Shown here in pieces: positions 1-9,781 of a stretch of DNA of 35,072 bases (position 1 is the first letter of the stretch; every line of letters starts with the position of its first letter). The position numbers were made by a program, and so were the translations under genes. The notes below the pieces were generated by a model that was not told where the DNA came from, searched no databases, and was given only the letters and a program-made list of their open reading frames with translations. The stretch is from Chloroflexota bacterium (GTDB taxonomy: Bacteria; Chloroflexota; Limnocylindria; Limnocylindrales; Limnocylindraceae). The stretch is taken from contig JBDLWN010000109.1 in NCBI GenBank assembly GCA_039804225.1, positions 1-35,072 on the forward strand. The letters are read 5' to 3'.

Positions 1-147
1 GTCGACAGTCGCCGCACCAGCGCCGGCGGCAAGGCCACGGCGGAGGCCACCCATCATCCCCGTCTCAATGATGAGAACGGCGATCACGCCAACAGGGACA
101 GCCACTGCGAATCCTGCGAACATCCCCGCGAGCAGTGCGCCAAACAT
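1..147 (-). CDS. LysE/RhtB family translocator, N-terminal part (continues off the window edge)
   Basis: Manual translation of the reverse strand from ATG at 147: MFGALLAGMFAGFAVAVPVGVIAVLIIETGMMGGLRRGLAAGAGAATVD, matching the LysE N-terminal pattern PxGP-like...G.R.G...G.G....D. Confidence 0.8.
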   Translation of the reverse strand, partial: MFGALLAGMFAGFAVAVPVGVIAVLIIETGMMGGLRRGLAAGAGAATVD

Positions 148-153
148 CGGTGC

Positions 154-163
154 ATCATAGAGT
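154..163. promoter_or_regulatory. Back-to-back -10 elements of a divergent promoter
   Basis: Minus-strand TATGAT at 159-154 lies 6 nt before the LysE ATG; plus-strand TAGAGT at 158-163 lies upstream of the SD (GGGAGG) and ATG 209. Confidence 0.5.
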
Positions 164-208
164 GGAGCGGTGGCCCGAAGGGGTCCTTGAAGTGAATAGG
201 GAGGTTCT

Positions 209-1141
209 ATGGCGCGCGTCTTTCTCACCGGTGCAACAGGATTCGTTGGGAGCCACGTGCTGCCAGCGCTGCTGAACGCAGGGCATTCCGTTACCGCACT
301 TGTACGTAGTGAAGCTCGCGCGACGGCGCTCCTCGCGCGCGTGGCCGCCTCCCCAGGAAGACTGGAAACGCGCATCGGTCATGTCAACGATCGCGCCGCA
401 CTCGATGCGGCGATGGTTGGTTGCGATGCGGTGGTGCATCTGGTCGCCCTGCCACGCGACTGGAACGATGGCGCCGACCTCGAACGCGTCAATGCGGTGG
501 GTACGGCCACCGTCGTCGCTGCGGCCGAAGCTGCTGGCATCAAGCGCTTCATTCATCTCGGTGCACTCGGCGTGCAGGAGAGGCCAGAGTTGCACTACGC
601 CAGCTCCAAGGCGCGCGGCGAGGGCTTTGTTCGCGCCTCGTCACTGGACTGGACGATCCTCAAGCCGAGTCTAATCTGGGGCGAGCGCGATGGCTTCTTC
701 AACATCGTTGCGGCGCTCGTCAAGATTCCAGCCCCCGCCGTGCCAGTTCCTGGAAATGGAAAGAGCCGCTTCCAGCCGATCTGGGTTGGCGACGTTGCCC
801 GCGCCATCGTGCAAGTGCTCGACACGCCGAAGGGGAGCATTAATGCATCGTTCGAACTTGGCGGACCGCGCTACTGGACATACGCTGAGATCACCCAGGA
901 GGTGGCGCGTGCTCTCGGCAAGCGCCGCATCATCATCCCGATGCCGGTGCCACTCATCACCCTCGTGGCGCGCATTTCTGAGGCGATTCGCCTCCCGTTC
1001 CCTGTTGCAACAGATCAGTTGCGCCAGTTGGCTCTAGATAACATCGGCGCGACGGATGCGGTGGAGCGCGAGCTCGGCTTTGCCCCCGTCGATATGGGCG
1101 GCCGACTCGGCTACCTCAAGCGGAAGATCAGCAGGCAGTAG
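209..1141 (+). CDS. Atypical SDR, NAD(P)-dependent epimerase / complex I NDUFA9-like protein
   Basis: TGATGFVG Rossmann motif, YxxSK (YASSK), FQPIWVGDVA, ELGGP; SD GGGAGG upstream. Confidence 0.85.
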   Translation: MARVFLTGATGFVGSHVLPALLNAGHSVTALVRSEARATALLARVAASPGRLETRIGHVNDRAALDAAMVGCDAVVHLVALPRDWNDGADLERVNAVGTATVVAAAEAAGIKRFIHLGALGVQERPELHYASSKARGEGFVRASSLDWTILKPSLIWGERDGFFNIVAALVKIPAPAVPVPGNGKSRFQPIWVGDVARAIVQVLDTPKGSINASFELGGPRYWTYAEITQEVARALGKRRIIIPMPVPLITLVARISEAIRLPFPVATDQLRQLALDNIGATDAVERELGFAPVDMGGRLGYLKRKISRQ

Positions 1142-1166
1142 GCGTCATCGGCGCGAGGAGGATCAG

Positions 1167-2759
1167 ATGAAGATCATCATCACAGCCAAGGGCGCTGCGG
1201 CCAAGGCGGGCGTCATGGTCACGCCAGTCTTTAGTGATCAGCTCGACGCGCCGTATCTGCGCGAGGCCGACAGCAAGAGTGGCGGCCGTATCGCTGCCCT
1301 GCGTGCGATCGGCGAGGGAACTGGTAGCCGTTACAACTGCACGCTTACCAGCGCAGGTCGACTCCCTGCAGATCATCTCCTTCTTGTTGGTGCCGGTGCC
1401 CGCGCCGATTTCGGACGGCAGGAGCTCCAGCGCTGGGCTGCAGCGGCAACGCGCCGCCTCGCTGGCCGCAAGGTCACGCGACTCGCCATCGATGCCACCG
1501 GCATCATCGCTGCGCTAACCAGCACTTCACCAGCACTCCGTGCCGAGGGTGGTGCCTCTTTCGGGGCAGGGCTCTCCGCGGGTGTCATGAAGCAGAGTGA
1601 TGCGGCGGTGATCGCCGTCGACTTCATTGTGCGCGGTGTCATTGACGGCTCATTTCATGAAGGTGTGGGCGGAAAGAGCGTCATTGACGCGCAGCCGGCT
1701 GCACTCACCGTGCTCGAGGTCATCGTTCCAACGGGCACTGATCTCGCTTCCGCAAACGAAGCGGCACGTCGCGCCGAAATCATTGCGGGTGGCGTTGTGC
1801 GCACACGACGCTGGTCAAACTATCCGGCGAACGAAATGCCACCACTTGGCATTGCCGAAGAGGCGCGCGATCGCGCGCGTGCCGTTGGCCTGCGCGCCAC
1901 CATCATCACCGCCGCGCAGCTGCAGCGCATGGGGGCTGGCATGCTGCTCGCTGTTGGTAAAGGCTCGAAGAATCCGCCGTGCCTCGTGGTGCTCTCCGGC
2001 GGCAAGCCCGGAGCCAAGGACCCGCTCGGCCGGCGTCTCGCCATGGTCGGCAAGGGCGTCTGTTTTGATACCGGTGGTATTTCTCTGAAGCCACCCGCTG
2101 AGATGGAAGAGATGAAGCACGACAAGAACGGCGCCATCGCGGTGCTGGAAGCGGCGGCAACGATCGCGCAGCTTGACCCAGGTCGCCCGATTCACGCCGT
2201 TGCGGCGTGCGTGGAGAACATGCCGGGTGGAAACGCCACGCGACCGGGCGATGTGGTCACCGCTCTGAACGGAAAGCGTGTGGAGATCACGAACACTGAC
2301 GCCGAAGGGCGCCTCATTCTTGGCGACGCCCTGCACTACGCCGAGCGAGAGCTCGGCGCAACACATCTGGTCGACGTGGCCACGCTAACCGGCATCGCGT
2401 ACTCCGCATACGGCGGCGAGGTTGCCGCCAGCTGCGGGACCGACGCAGGCTTCCTTGATGAGTTCCACCTCGCCGCACGCCGTGCAGGGGAGGTCTACTG
2501 GCCGTATCCGCTGGCAGAGGTCTACGTGAAGAACATGTCGACCTGGTCGGCTGACTTCCAGAACTCGGGCTCGCGTGAGGCATCACTGGTTCGTAGCGGC
2601 CTCTTCCTGCGTGAGTTCGTGACCGTGCCATGGGTGCACCTTGACATTGCGGGGACCGCCTACCGCCGCAGCGTTGCCCCCTTCGCCGGGCGAGGCTCAA
2701 CGGGGGCGGCACACACCTCTCTCGTTGAGCTGGCCATGGGGGGTGGCGTCCGTCGCTGA
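1167..2759 (+). CDS. pepA: Leucyl aminopeptidase, M17 family
   Basis: VGKGVCFDTGGISLK, MKHD, NTDAEGRL, DVATLTG and WVHLDIAG motifs; start moved to ATG 1167 behind SD GAGGAG. Confidence 0.92.
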   Translation: MKIIITAKGAAAKAGVMVTPVFSDQLDAPYLREADSKSGGRIAALRAIGEGTGSRYNCTLTSAGRLPADHLLLVGAGARADFGRQELQRWAAAATRRLAGRKVTRLAIDATGIIAALTSTSPALRAEGGASFGAGLSAGVMKQSDAAVIAVDFIVRGVIDGSFHEGVGGKSVIDAQPAALTVLEVIVPTGTDLASANEAARRAEIIAGGVVRTRRWSNYPANEMPPLGIAEEARDRARAVGLRATIITAAQLQRMGAGMLLAVGKGSKNPPCLVVLSGGKPGAKDPLGRRLAMVGKGVCFDTGGISLKPPAEMEEMKHDKNGAIAVLEAAATIAQLDPGRPIHAVAACVENMPGGNATRPGDVVTALNGKRVEITNTDAEGRLILGDALHYAERELGATHLVDVATLTGIAYSAYGGEVAASCGTDAGFLDEFHLAARRAGEVYWPYPLAEVYVKNMSTWSADFQNSGSREASLVRSGLFLREFVTVPWVHLDIAGTAYRRSVAPFAGRGSTGAAHTSLVELAMGGGVRR

Positions 2760-2799
2760 GGCTGATACTCTCTGCGTAGCGGAGGAGAGGAGGTCATAG

Positions 2800-4242
2800 A
2801 TGGAGCACTCGCCTGCGCAGAAACTACGCACCTGGCGTGCCCGACTCAGCGTCCTGCTCGCCATCCCTCTCCTGATCGTTGGCCTCGGTTTGGCACAGGC
2901 CGGACCGGTCCGCGGCGACTCCCTCGATGACGCACTTGCCCAACAGAAAGCGCTCGCGGCACAACTCGCCGCTCAGCAGAAGGCGCTCGATGCCCTGATT
3001 GCACAACAGGGTGCTCTCACCGCACAGTTGGCCTCCACGAGTGCCGCCCTTGCTAAAAACACGGCAACGCTGACAAGCATTACGGCCCAGGTGGCCCAGC
3101 TCTCGACCGCCGTGGCGCAGGCACAAGTCGGTCTGAACAAACTAAACGCAGCTGTGAACGCACTCGATATGGAGATCAGCCGGCTGGTAAAGGCACAAGA
3201 GGCGAAGGCTCGTGATCTTGCGGCACGCCAGGCAATTTTGGCCTCGCGCATTCGCGAGGCGTATATCGCCGACCAGACACCGCCCCTCTGGATCTTGCTC
3301 TCGGGACAGAGCTTCACCGATATTCTGCTTGACATCGCAGGCTTCAATGCGCTTGGCGCAGAAGATGTGAAGCTTGCCGATGGCATCAGTCGTGATGCGG
3401 CGCGCCTCGCGGAGATTGAAGACCAAGTCCGTGCAAACCGCGCTGAAACAGAGAAGCTACGTGTCGCTGCTGCAAAACAGAAAGCGGCGCTCGACAATCA
3501 GGTGTCGCTGCTGAACGCAGCGAAGGTGCGACTCGCCGCGGCGATCGCGGCGCAAAAGAAAGCGATAGCCGCGCAGAAGGCGGCAATGGACAAGGTGATT
3601 GCCGATAAGGCGAAACTCGCTGCCGCCGTCGCCGCGTTGAAAGCGGAAGAGGCGCGCGTCGCTGCGATTGTCAGCTCGCTCTTGAAGAGTCAATTCGGTT
3701 CAGGACTGCCGACGGTGTATCAGGGTGGTTGGACGTGGCCGGTGCTGCATAGTGGTTCTGGTTTCGTCAAGCCAGTCGGCGCATACCGCCCGTACATTTC
3801 TCAGAAATTTGGCTGCGTGAGTTGGAAGATCTATCCAAAAAACTCCGCGTGCCCGAGGGGGTACCCGTACTTCCACAACGGCGTTGATATCTCCGCCGCC
3901 GCTGGAACCCCGTTGTACGCCGCGGCTGCCGGAAAGGTGATGATTGCGGGCATCTGCAGCTACTGTGTGGTCTGGAAGGGGATGCGCCCTCTCGCCTGGA
4001 TCTGGATCGCCCACTCAAAGAGCATGGTTTCGATCTACGGTCATATTGGAGACGGGAAGGTTTCGAGTCAGCCGAAGTGGCGCGTGAAGGCGGGCGACAT
4101 CGTCGCCGCTGGGCAGCTGATCGGATTCGTCGGCTCCACTGGCAATGTGACAGGGCCGCATCTCCATCTCTCACTCCTTCAGAGCGGCAAGTATGTCTGC
4201 ATACAGAAGTATCTGCCCGGGGGAGCCTGCCCTGCGTACTGA
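2800..4242 (+). CDS. Secreted coiled-coil protein with C-terminal M23 peptidase domain (EnvC/CwlO-like architecture)
   Basis: Signal peptide-like N-terminus, long Ala/Gln/Lys heptad region, then [20 protein letters not shown]; SD GAGGAGG. Confidence 0.88.
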   Translation: MEHSPAQKLRTWRARLSVLLAIPLLIVGLGLAQAGPVRGDSLDDALAQQKALAAQLAAQQKALDALIAQQGALTAQLASTSAALAKNTATLTSITAQVAQLSTAVAQAQVGLNKLNAAVNALDMEISRLVKAQEAKARDLAARQAILASRIREAYIADQTPPLWILLSGQSFTDILLDIAGFNALGAEDVKLADGISRDAARLAEIEDQVRANRAETEKLRVAAAKQKAALDNQVSLLNAAKVRLAAAIAAQKKAIAAQKAAMDKVIADKAKLAAAVAALKAEEARVAAIVSSLLKSQFGSGLPTVYQGGWTWPVLHSGSGFVKPVGAYRPYISQKFGCVSWKIYPKNSACPRGYPYFHNGVDISAAAGTPLYAAAAGKVMIAGICSYCVVWKGMRPLAWIWIAHSKSMVSIYGHIGDGKVSSQPKWRVKAGDIVAAGQLIGFVGSTGNVTGPHLHLSLLQSGKYVCIQKYLPGGACPAY

Positions 4243-5524
4243 TCGCACCGTTGCGGTGATCCTCGCCGGCGGCGAGGGGAACCGACTGGGCGTGCTCTCT
4301 GGGGTTCGCGCCAAGCCTGCCGTGCCATTCGGCGGCAAGTATCGAATCATTGACTTCACGCTCTCGAATTGCGTCAACAGCGGCATCGGCGACGTACTTG
4401 TGCTCACGCAGTACAACCCTCGGTCGCTCAATGACCACATCGGCCGCGGGCGGGCGTGGGACCTTGACCGCACAATCGGCGGCGTGCGACTCCTCCAACC
4501 GCAGGTCGGCCGCGGCAATACTGCCAATTGGTACAGCGGCACCGCAGACGCTGTGCTGCAGAACCTCCGTGAAGTGGTGGCGAGCGGCGCTGAGACCGTC
4601 CTCGTGCTCGCCGGCGATCACATCTACAAGATGGATTACGAGCGACTGATTACCGCCCACCAACGCAGTGGTGCTGATGTGACCGTCTCAGTCCGCGAGG
4701 TGAGCCTCGAAGATGCACGTCGCATGGGCGTCGTTGATACCGATGAGCGGAGCCGCATCACAGGTTTCCAAGAGAAGCCGAAGCGTCCAACTAGTCGCCT
4801 CGCCAGCATGGGGATCTACGCCTTTACCACCGATGCGCTCGCCGCATGGCTCGATGAGGCACGCCCCGACTTTGGCGCCGACGTGCTGCCCGCCATGGTC
4901 GCCGGTGGCGCAAAGGTGATGGCCCACCGCTTCCGCGGCTACTGGCAAGACGTCGGGACCCTCCCCGCATACTTTGACGCGAACATGGCACTCCTCGAGG
5001 CGAAGCCGGAGCTCGACCTCTACGAACGCGATTGGTTGATTCTCACCCGCTCCGAGGAGCGCGCCCCCGCACGAATCGGTGCCGACGCCCGCGTCGACCA
5101 GTCGATGATCTCGCACGGCTGTGTTGTTGAGGGGATCGTGGAGCGCAGCGTCCTCTCCCCCGGCGTGCGCGTTGGGCGTGGCGCAGTTGTGCGCGATAGC
5201 ATCGTCATGTTTGATGCTGTGATTGGCGCAGGTTCTGTCATCGACCACGCCATTATCGACAAAGAGGTCCGCATCGGGCGCGACGCACACGTTGGCGTTG
5301 GCGAGTTGCCTGGAACACCGAATCGCGCCAATCCTGAACTGCTCGCGACCGGTCTCGTTGTTATTGGGAAGCAGGCCGAGGTGCCCGAAGGTGCATCCCT
5401 CGGTCGCAACGTGTTGGTCGATGCAGAGGCGAGCCTTGGCGATTGGCCTGAGAGTGGTGCAGTGAAGGCCGGTGCAACGATCAAGGCTGCGCGCACCTGG
5501 AATCAGCGCCGCACGGCGCGCTAG
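4193..5524 (+). CDS. glgC: Glucose-1-phosphate adenylyltransferase (start uncertain: ATG 4193 or CTG 4232)
   Basis: [55 protein letters not shown] and C-terminal hexapeptide repeats. Confidence 0.93.
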   Translation: MSAYRSICPGEPALRTDRTVAVILAGGEGNRLGVLSGVRAKPAVPFGGKYRIIDFTLSNCVNSGIGDVLVLTQYNPRSLNDHIGRGRAWDLDRTIGGVRLLQPQVGRGNTANWYSGTADAVLQNLREVVASGAETVLVLAGDHIYKMDYERLITAHQRSGADVTVSVREVSLEDARRMGVVDTDERSRITGFQEKPKRPTSRLASMGIYAFTTDALAAWLDEARPDFGADVLPAMVAGGAKVMAHRFRGYWQDVGTLPAYFDANMALLEAKPELDLYERDWLILTRSEERAPARIGADARVDQSMISHGCVVEGIVERSVLSPGVRVGRGAVVRDSIVMFDAVIGAGSVIDHAIIDKEVRIGRDAHVGVGELPGTPNRANPELLATGLVVIGKQAEVPEGASLGRNVLVDAEASLGDWPESGAVKAGATIKAARTWNQRRTAR

Positions 5525-5528
5525 TCTC

Positions 5529-6038
5529 GTGACACTTCTTCAAGTCGCAGCAATCCCAGCGCTCCTTGAACGGCACGGTGTTGCGGTCCCCACACCCCAC
5601 AAGCGTGATGATGCAACCGTGTGGGATCTCGAGCTCGACGGCGAACGACGCCGTGCGTTGCGCCTCTCACTCATTCACGATGCGCGCCCGGGCGGCGTCC
5701 TTGTGGTGTGGGCGCATCTTGCACCGCCCCTCGGTGACGGCCTGCGCAAGGCGTATCGCCGCCTCTTGGAGTGGAACGATAAGTACCTCTTTGCAAAGTT
5801 CGGCATTGCCGAAGATGGCCGACCGGTGCTCAGCATTGAGCTGCGTGCTGAGCAGGCGACCGAAACCGATCTCGTCGAGGCACTCGCCCGTACGGTGCTG
5901 ATCGCCGACCGCCTCCTTGATGAGACCGCGGCATGGATCTGGATCGGTGGGCGGATCCCAGCCGATGACGGTTCTCCGCGGCGGAACCAGCCCCTGTTGC
6001 GCGCCGTCCCCGATCTCGCCGATCACCTGGAGGGGTAG
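5529..6038 (+). CDS. YbjN-like domain protein (type III chaperone-like fold)
   Basis: GTG 4 nt after the glgC stop; pattern YRRLLEWN...FAKFGIAEDG..VLSIEL resembles the YbjN family. Confidence 0.6.
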   Translation: MTLLQVAAIPALLERHGVAVPTPHKRDDATVWDLELDGERRRALRLSLIHDARPGGVLVVWAHLAPPLGDGLRKAYRRLLEWNDKYLFAKFGIAEDGRPVLSIELRAEQATETDLVEALARTVLIADRLLDETAAWIWIGGRIPADDGSPRRNQPLLRAVPDLADHLEG

Positions 6039-6073
6039 CCTCCGACCTCTCGCCGCAGGGCTATGCTTTGCCC

Positions 6074-7144
6074 ATGGCTGAACTTGATCGCCCCACGCGA
6101 CCCGTCCCACGGCCGCTTCCCGCGCTCCTCACGGGCGAGAACGCCGATGTCTACTTCCTGCGAACCGAACGTGTATTGGCGGGTGAGGAGCGCAATCCTG
6201 TCGTCACGATGGAGGTCTTCTGCCGCCGTGCCGGCGCGACCCTCTGCGGCATTGATGAGGCGAAGGGGCTACTCTCCATCGTACTTGAAGCTGAGGCTGC
6301 CGCCGGCACGGCAGTTGTGTGGGCGCTGAAGGATGGCGATCTCATCGATGCGAAAGAGGTCGTCTTGCGCATTCGCGCGCCATATCAGTCGATTGCACGT
6401 TTTGAGACTGCGTATTTGGGGATGATGGCGCACGGCACCGGGTGGGCGACCGCCGCGCGCGCCATCGTTGATGCTGCCGCACCAACGCCCGTGATCGCAT
6501 TCGGCGCGCGGCACGTGCATCCAAATATTGCCGATCGTCTTGACTACGCTGCGATCATTGGCGGTGCAACCAGCGCATCTACGACGGCGGGGAGTTCGCG
6601 CGCTGGAAAGATGCCAGTAGGGACTATGCCCCACGCGCTCGTCTTGATCTACGGCGACACGGTCGAAGCGGCACTTGCCTTTGATCGCAACATTGAACGT
6701 GAAGTGCCCCGCATCGTGCTGGTCGACACCTTCCGCGATGAGTCTGAGGAGTCGGCGCGGGTTGCCGCAGCACTGGGAGAGAAGCTTGGTGGCGTACGCC
6801 TTGATCGCGCGAGTGAACTTGGTGGGGTAACCCCGGCTCTCGTCGCGGAGGTACGCGCCGCTCTCGATGCCGCGGGTGCAACGGCGGCGCAGATCGTGAT
6901 CTCGGGCGGCCTCTCGCTCGAGCGCATCGCCGAGTTCAAGGCGGCAGGGTCGCGTGTGGACACCTACGCCGTTGGGAGTGCGATCTCGGGCGTTCGGCCG
7001 ATCGACTTCACCGCGGACATTCATGAGATCAACGGGCAGCCGATCGGGAAGCGTGGACGACCGTCGGGCACCACCACATCGCCACGGCTCCGCGAGGTGG
7101 ATCTGGCCGCCTGGCGTGCCGCCCTTACCCCTGCAACGCGCTAG
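6074..7144 (+). CDS. pncB: Nicotinate phosphoribosyltransferase (short type)
   Basis: ADVYF, ETAYLG, FGARH, GTMPHAL, LVDTF, GVRLD, SGGL motifs; TATGCT 6 nt before the ATG. Confidence 0.88.
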   Translation: MAELDRPTRPVPRPLPALLTGENADVYFLRTERVLAGEERNPVVTMEVFCRRAGATLCGIDEAKGLLSIVLEAEAAAGTAVVWALKDGDLIDAKEVVLRIRAPYQSIARFETAYLGMMAHGTGWATAARAIVDAAAPTPVIAFGARHVHPNIADRLDYAAIIGGATSASTTAGSSRAGKMPVGTMPHALVLIYGDTVEAALAFDRNIEREVPRIVLVDTFRDESEESARVAAALGEKLGGVRLDRASELGGVTPALVAEVRAALDAAGATAAQIVISGGLSLERIAEFKAAGSRVDTYAVGSAISGVRPIDFTADIHEINGQPIGKRGRPSGTTTSPRLREVDLAAWRAALTPATR

Positions 7145-7153
7145 GATCTGGCG

Positions 7154-9781
7154 GTGAGTCTGACCATTGAAACCCCAGGAGCCGAGGCCCGAGATGTCTT
7201 GACGCAGGTCGAGGCTTCCGCTCGTGCGGCCGCCGTTTCTGATGTGCGCTACGCGCTCCGACTCGACCTTGCCGCGAACGCAGCAACCTTCCGTGGCCAG
7301 ATCGTTACCCGATTCGCTCTCGCCGCCGGGCACACAGGCTCGGTCTTCCTCTGCTTCCGTGGACGCACCATTCACAGCCTCACGCTCAACGGGGCCTCCA
7401 TCGAGGCTCCTGATTGGAACGGGTATCGCCTCACGCTGCCAGCCGCTCATCTGAAGGCGGGTGCGGAGAACCTTTTGGAGGTGTCGTTCGAGAACGCCTA
7501 CGACACTGGTGGCGATGGCGTCTTCCGCTTCATTGATCCTGAAGACCAGAATGAATACGTCTACACAAACTTTGAGCCGTACGAGGCGCATCGTATGGCG
7601 CCGCTCTTCGATCAACCCGACATCAAGGCAAAGCTCTCGTTGACGGTCGCCGCCCCCGCCGCCTGGCAGGTCTTTGGGAATGGCGCCGAGACTGCAGCTA
7701 GCCCCGAGGGCCCTGGCTGCACGCTCCACACCTTTGCCGAGACCCCGCCCCTTGCGAGCTATCTCTTTGCCTTCGCTGCGGGACCATTCGTTGGGAAACG
7801 TTTCGAGGTGGCCATTCCAGGTCGCGCCACCCCTGTGCAGGTCGGGCTCTGGTCGCGCGGATCTCTAGAGAAGCATCTCTCGTACGACCTCTTCCAGAAG
7901 ATGACGAGCCAAGCGTTCACCTACTTTGGTGAACTCTTCGGTCGCGAGTACCCGTTTGAGAAGCTCGACCACGTCTACTGCCCCGAGTTCAACGTTGGCG
8001 CCATGGAGAACGTTGGTCTGATCACCTACACCGAGCGCTACATCTTCCTGAGCACGCCAACGCCAAGCGACGTGACCGATCTCGCCGAAGTGGTCTTCCA
8101 CGAGATCGCCCACATGTGGTTCGGCAATCTGGTCACGATGCGCTGGTGGGACGACCTCTGGCTCAACGAATCCTTTGCCACCTACGCCGCGGCCCTCTGC
8201 CTCACCGAAGGGTCAGAGCACACGACCGCCTGGCAGGAGTTCAACGTGCAGCTGAAGCGCTGGTCGCTCGTCGAAGATGATTCGCCAACGACGCACCCTA
8301 TCGCTGGCACCGTAGCCGACACAGACCAGACCTTCTTGAACTTTGACGGAATCACCTACGGCAAGGGTGGTGCCGTACTCAAGCAGCTCGGCGCACGGCT
8401 CGGGCGCACCGGATTCTCCGCAGGGCTGCGCCTCCACTTCCAGCGCCATGCATTTGGCAACGCCACCCTCGCTGAGTTCCTCGCCTCGCTCGAGGAGGGG
8501 AGTGGGGTCTCGCTCGCCGACTGGTCGGCGGAGTGGCTGCGTACCAGTGGGCCGAATCGGCTCGGCGCTGAGATCACTCCGAGCGCCAACGGCACCATCG
8601 GCAACCTGACGGTCACCCAAGAGGTTGTCTCTGGCGACAACGTGTTGCGTGAGCACCTGCTGCGTGTCGCGCTCCTCTACCCGGGCGACGGGCAGATGGT
8701 CACCATTGAGCCGCACGAGGCCCTCGTGACGGGGGCTCGCACCGATGTGCCGAGCGCCGCAGGCCGGCCACTCCCGCTGGCGGTGATCCCAAACCACGAC
8801 GACCTCGCCGTTGGGAAGCTTGGCCTCGACGAGGCAACGCTGCGCTTCGTCGAGACGCGGATGGAGGCCATCCCCGACGGGCTCCTGCGACAACTCACCT
8901 GGATGGCGATCTACGAGCTGGTGCGCGACGGTCGCTATCCGGCGGCACGCTATGCGCAGCTGCTCATTGATCGGCTGCCACATGAAGTCGACTCCTCGAT
9001 TGTGCAGGGCGTGGTGGAGTCGACGCTGGGCGGTCTCCTCCTTCGCTACCTCCCTGATGGTGAGCGCGAGCGCTGGGGGAGCCTCATCGTCGATGCTGCA
9101 CGGGCACGGCTTGCCCGCGGCGGCAGCGAGGGTATGCGCATCGTTTGGTCACGCATCATGGTGATGGCCTCGGTCACTCCCCGTGACGTTGAGGAGACCT
9201 GGCAGGTCGCGGTGGGCGAGACGCCGCTCGACGGGGTTGAGATTGATCAAGACCATCGCTGGTCGCTGCTCATCCGTGCAGCCTCGTTTGGCGCACCGAA
9301 TAGTGCGGAGCGACTTGCTGCAGAGGCGAAGCGCGACCCGAGCGATCGCGGCGAACGTGCACTCCTCGCCGCGGAAGCAGCAACGCCAAACGTCGCCGCG
9401 AAGCGGGCCGCGTGGGCGCGCATCCTTCGACCTGATGGCTACGGCAGCGTGCGCAAGACACTCGCCGCCGCGAGTGGCTTCGCCTGGCCGTGGCAGCACG
9501 AACTGCTCGCCCCGTACGTAGCGCAGATCCCAACCGCACTCCTTGCCCTCGGGTCAGCAGATGCAACGTTTGCGCGCGACCTTGTCACACGCAGCGCCTC
9601 ACTTGGACTGTGGGGAGCACCAGCATCGATGCTCGCGGCGGTTGATGCACTCCTCGCCAACATTGCTGACCCAGCACATGGCATTCCACCCGTTGATGCG
9701 GCACGACTACGACGCTTCGCCCTCTTGGAGCGCGACGGCTTGATTCGCTTCTTGCGTCAGCAGGGCACCAGCGGCAAGTGA
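7154..9781 (+). CDS. pepN: Aminopeptidase N, M1 family
   Basis: GAMEN, HEIAHMWFGNLVT, WLNESFA, FDGITYGKG motifs. Confidence 0.95.
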   Translation: MSLTIETPGAEARDVLTQVEASARAAAVSDVRYALRLDLAANAATFRGQIVTRFALAAGHTGSVFLCFRGRTIHSLTLNGASIEAPDWNGYRLTLPAAHLKAGAENLLEVSFENAYDTGGDGVFRFIDPEDQNEYVYTNFEPYEAHRMAPLFDQPDIKAKLSLTVAAPAAWQVFGNGAETAASPEGPGCTLHTFAETPPLASYLFAFAAGPFVGKRFEVAIPGRATPVQVGLWSRGSLEKHLSYDLFQKMTSQAFTYFGELFGREYPFEKLDHVYCPEFNVGAMENVGLITYTERYIFLSTPTPSDVTDLAEVVFHEIAHMWFGNLVTMRWWDDLWLNESFATYAAALCLTEGSEHTTAWQEFNVQLKRWSLVEDDSPTTHPIAGTVADTDQTFLNFDGITYGKGGAVLKQLGARLGRTGFSAGLRLHFQRHAFGNATLAEFLASLEEGSGVSLADWSAEWLRTSGPNRLGAEITPSANGTIGNLTVTQEVVSGDNVLREHLLRVALLYPGDGQMVTIEPHEALVTGARTDVPSAAGRPLPLAVIPNHDDLAVGKLGLDEATLRFVETRMEAIPDGLLRQLTWMAIYELVRDGRYPAARYAQLLIDRLPHEVDSSIVQGVVESTLGGLLLRYLPDGERERWGSLIVDAARARLARGGSEGMRIVWSRIMVMASVTPRDVEETWQVAVGETPLDGVEIDQDHRWSLLIRAASFGAPNSAERLAAEAKRDPSDRGERALLAAEAATPNVAAKRAAWARILRPDGYGSVRKTLAAASGFAWPWQHELLAPYVAQIPTALLALGSADATFARDLVTRSASLGLWGAPASMLAAVDALLANIADPAHGIPPVDAARLRRFALLERDGLIRFLRQQGTSGK

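Noticed and set aside
1056-1166. Longer pepA start
   Set aside because: Overlaps the upstream gene; SD supports ATG 1167
2920-3690. Repetitive Ala/Lys/Gln coding stretch as a DNA repeat or array
   Set aside because: Explained by coiled-coil protein; no exact repeat units or spacers
3767-5290. Antisense ORFs of 298 and 200 aa over the M23 gene and glgC
   Set aside because: Shadow frames of strongly supported genes
6269-7729. 486-aa antisense ORF over pncB and pepN
   Set aside because: No motifs; shadow ORF expected from high-GC codon bias opposite well-supported genes
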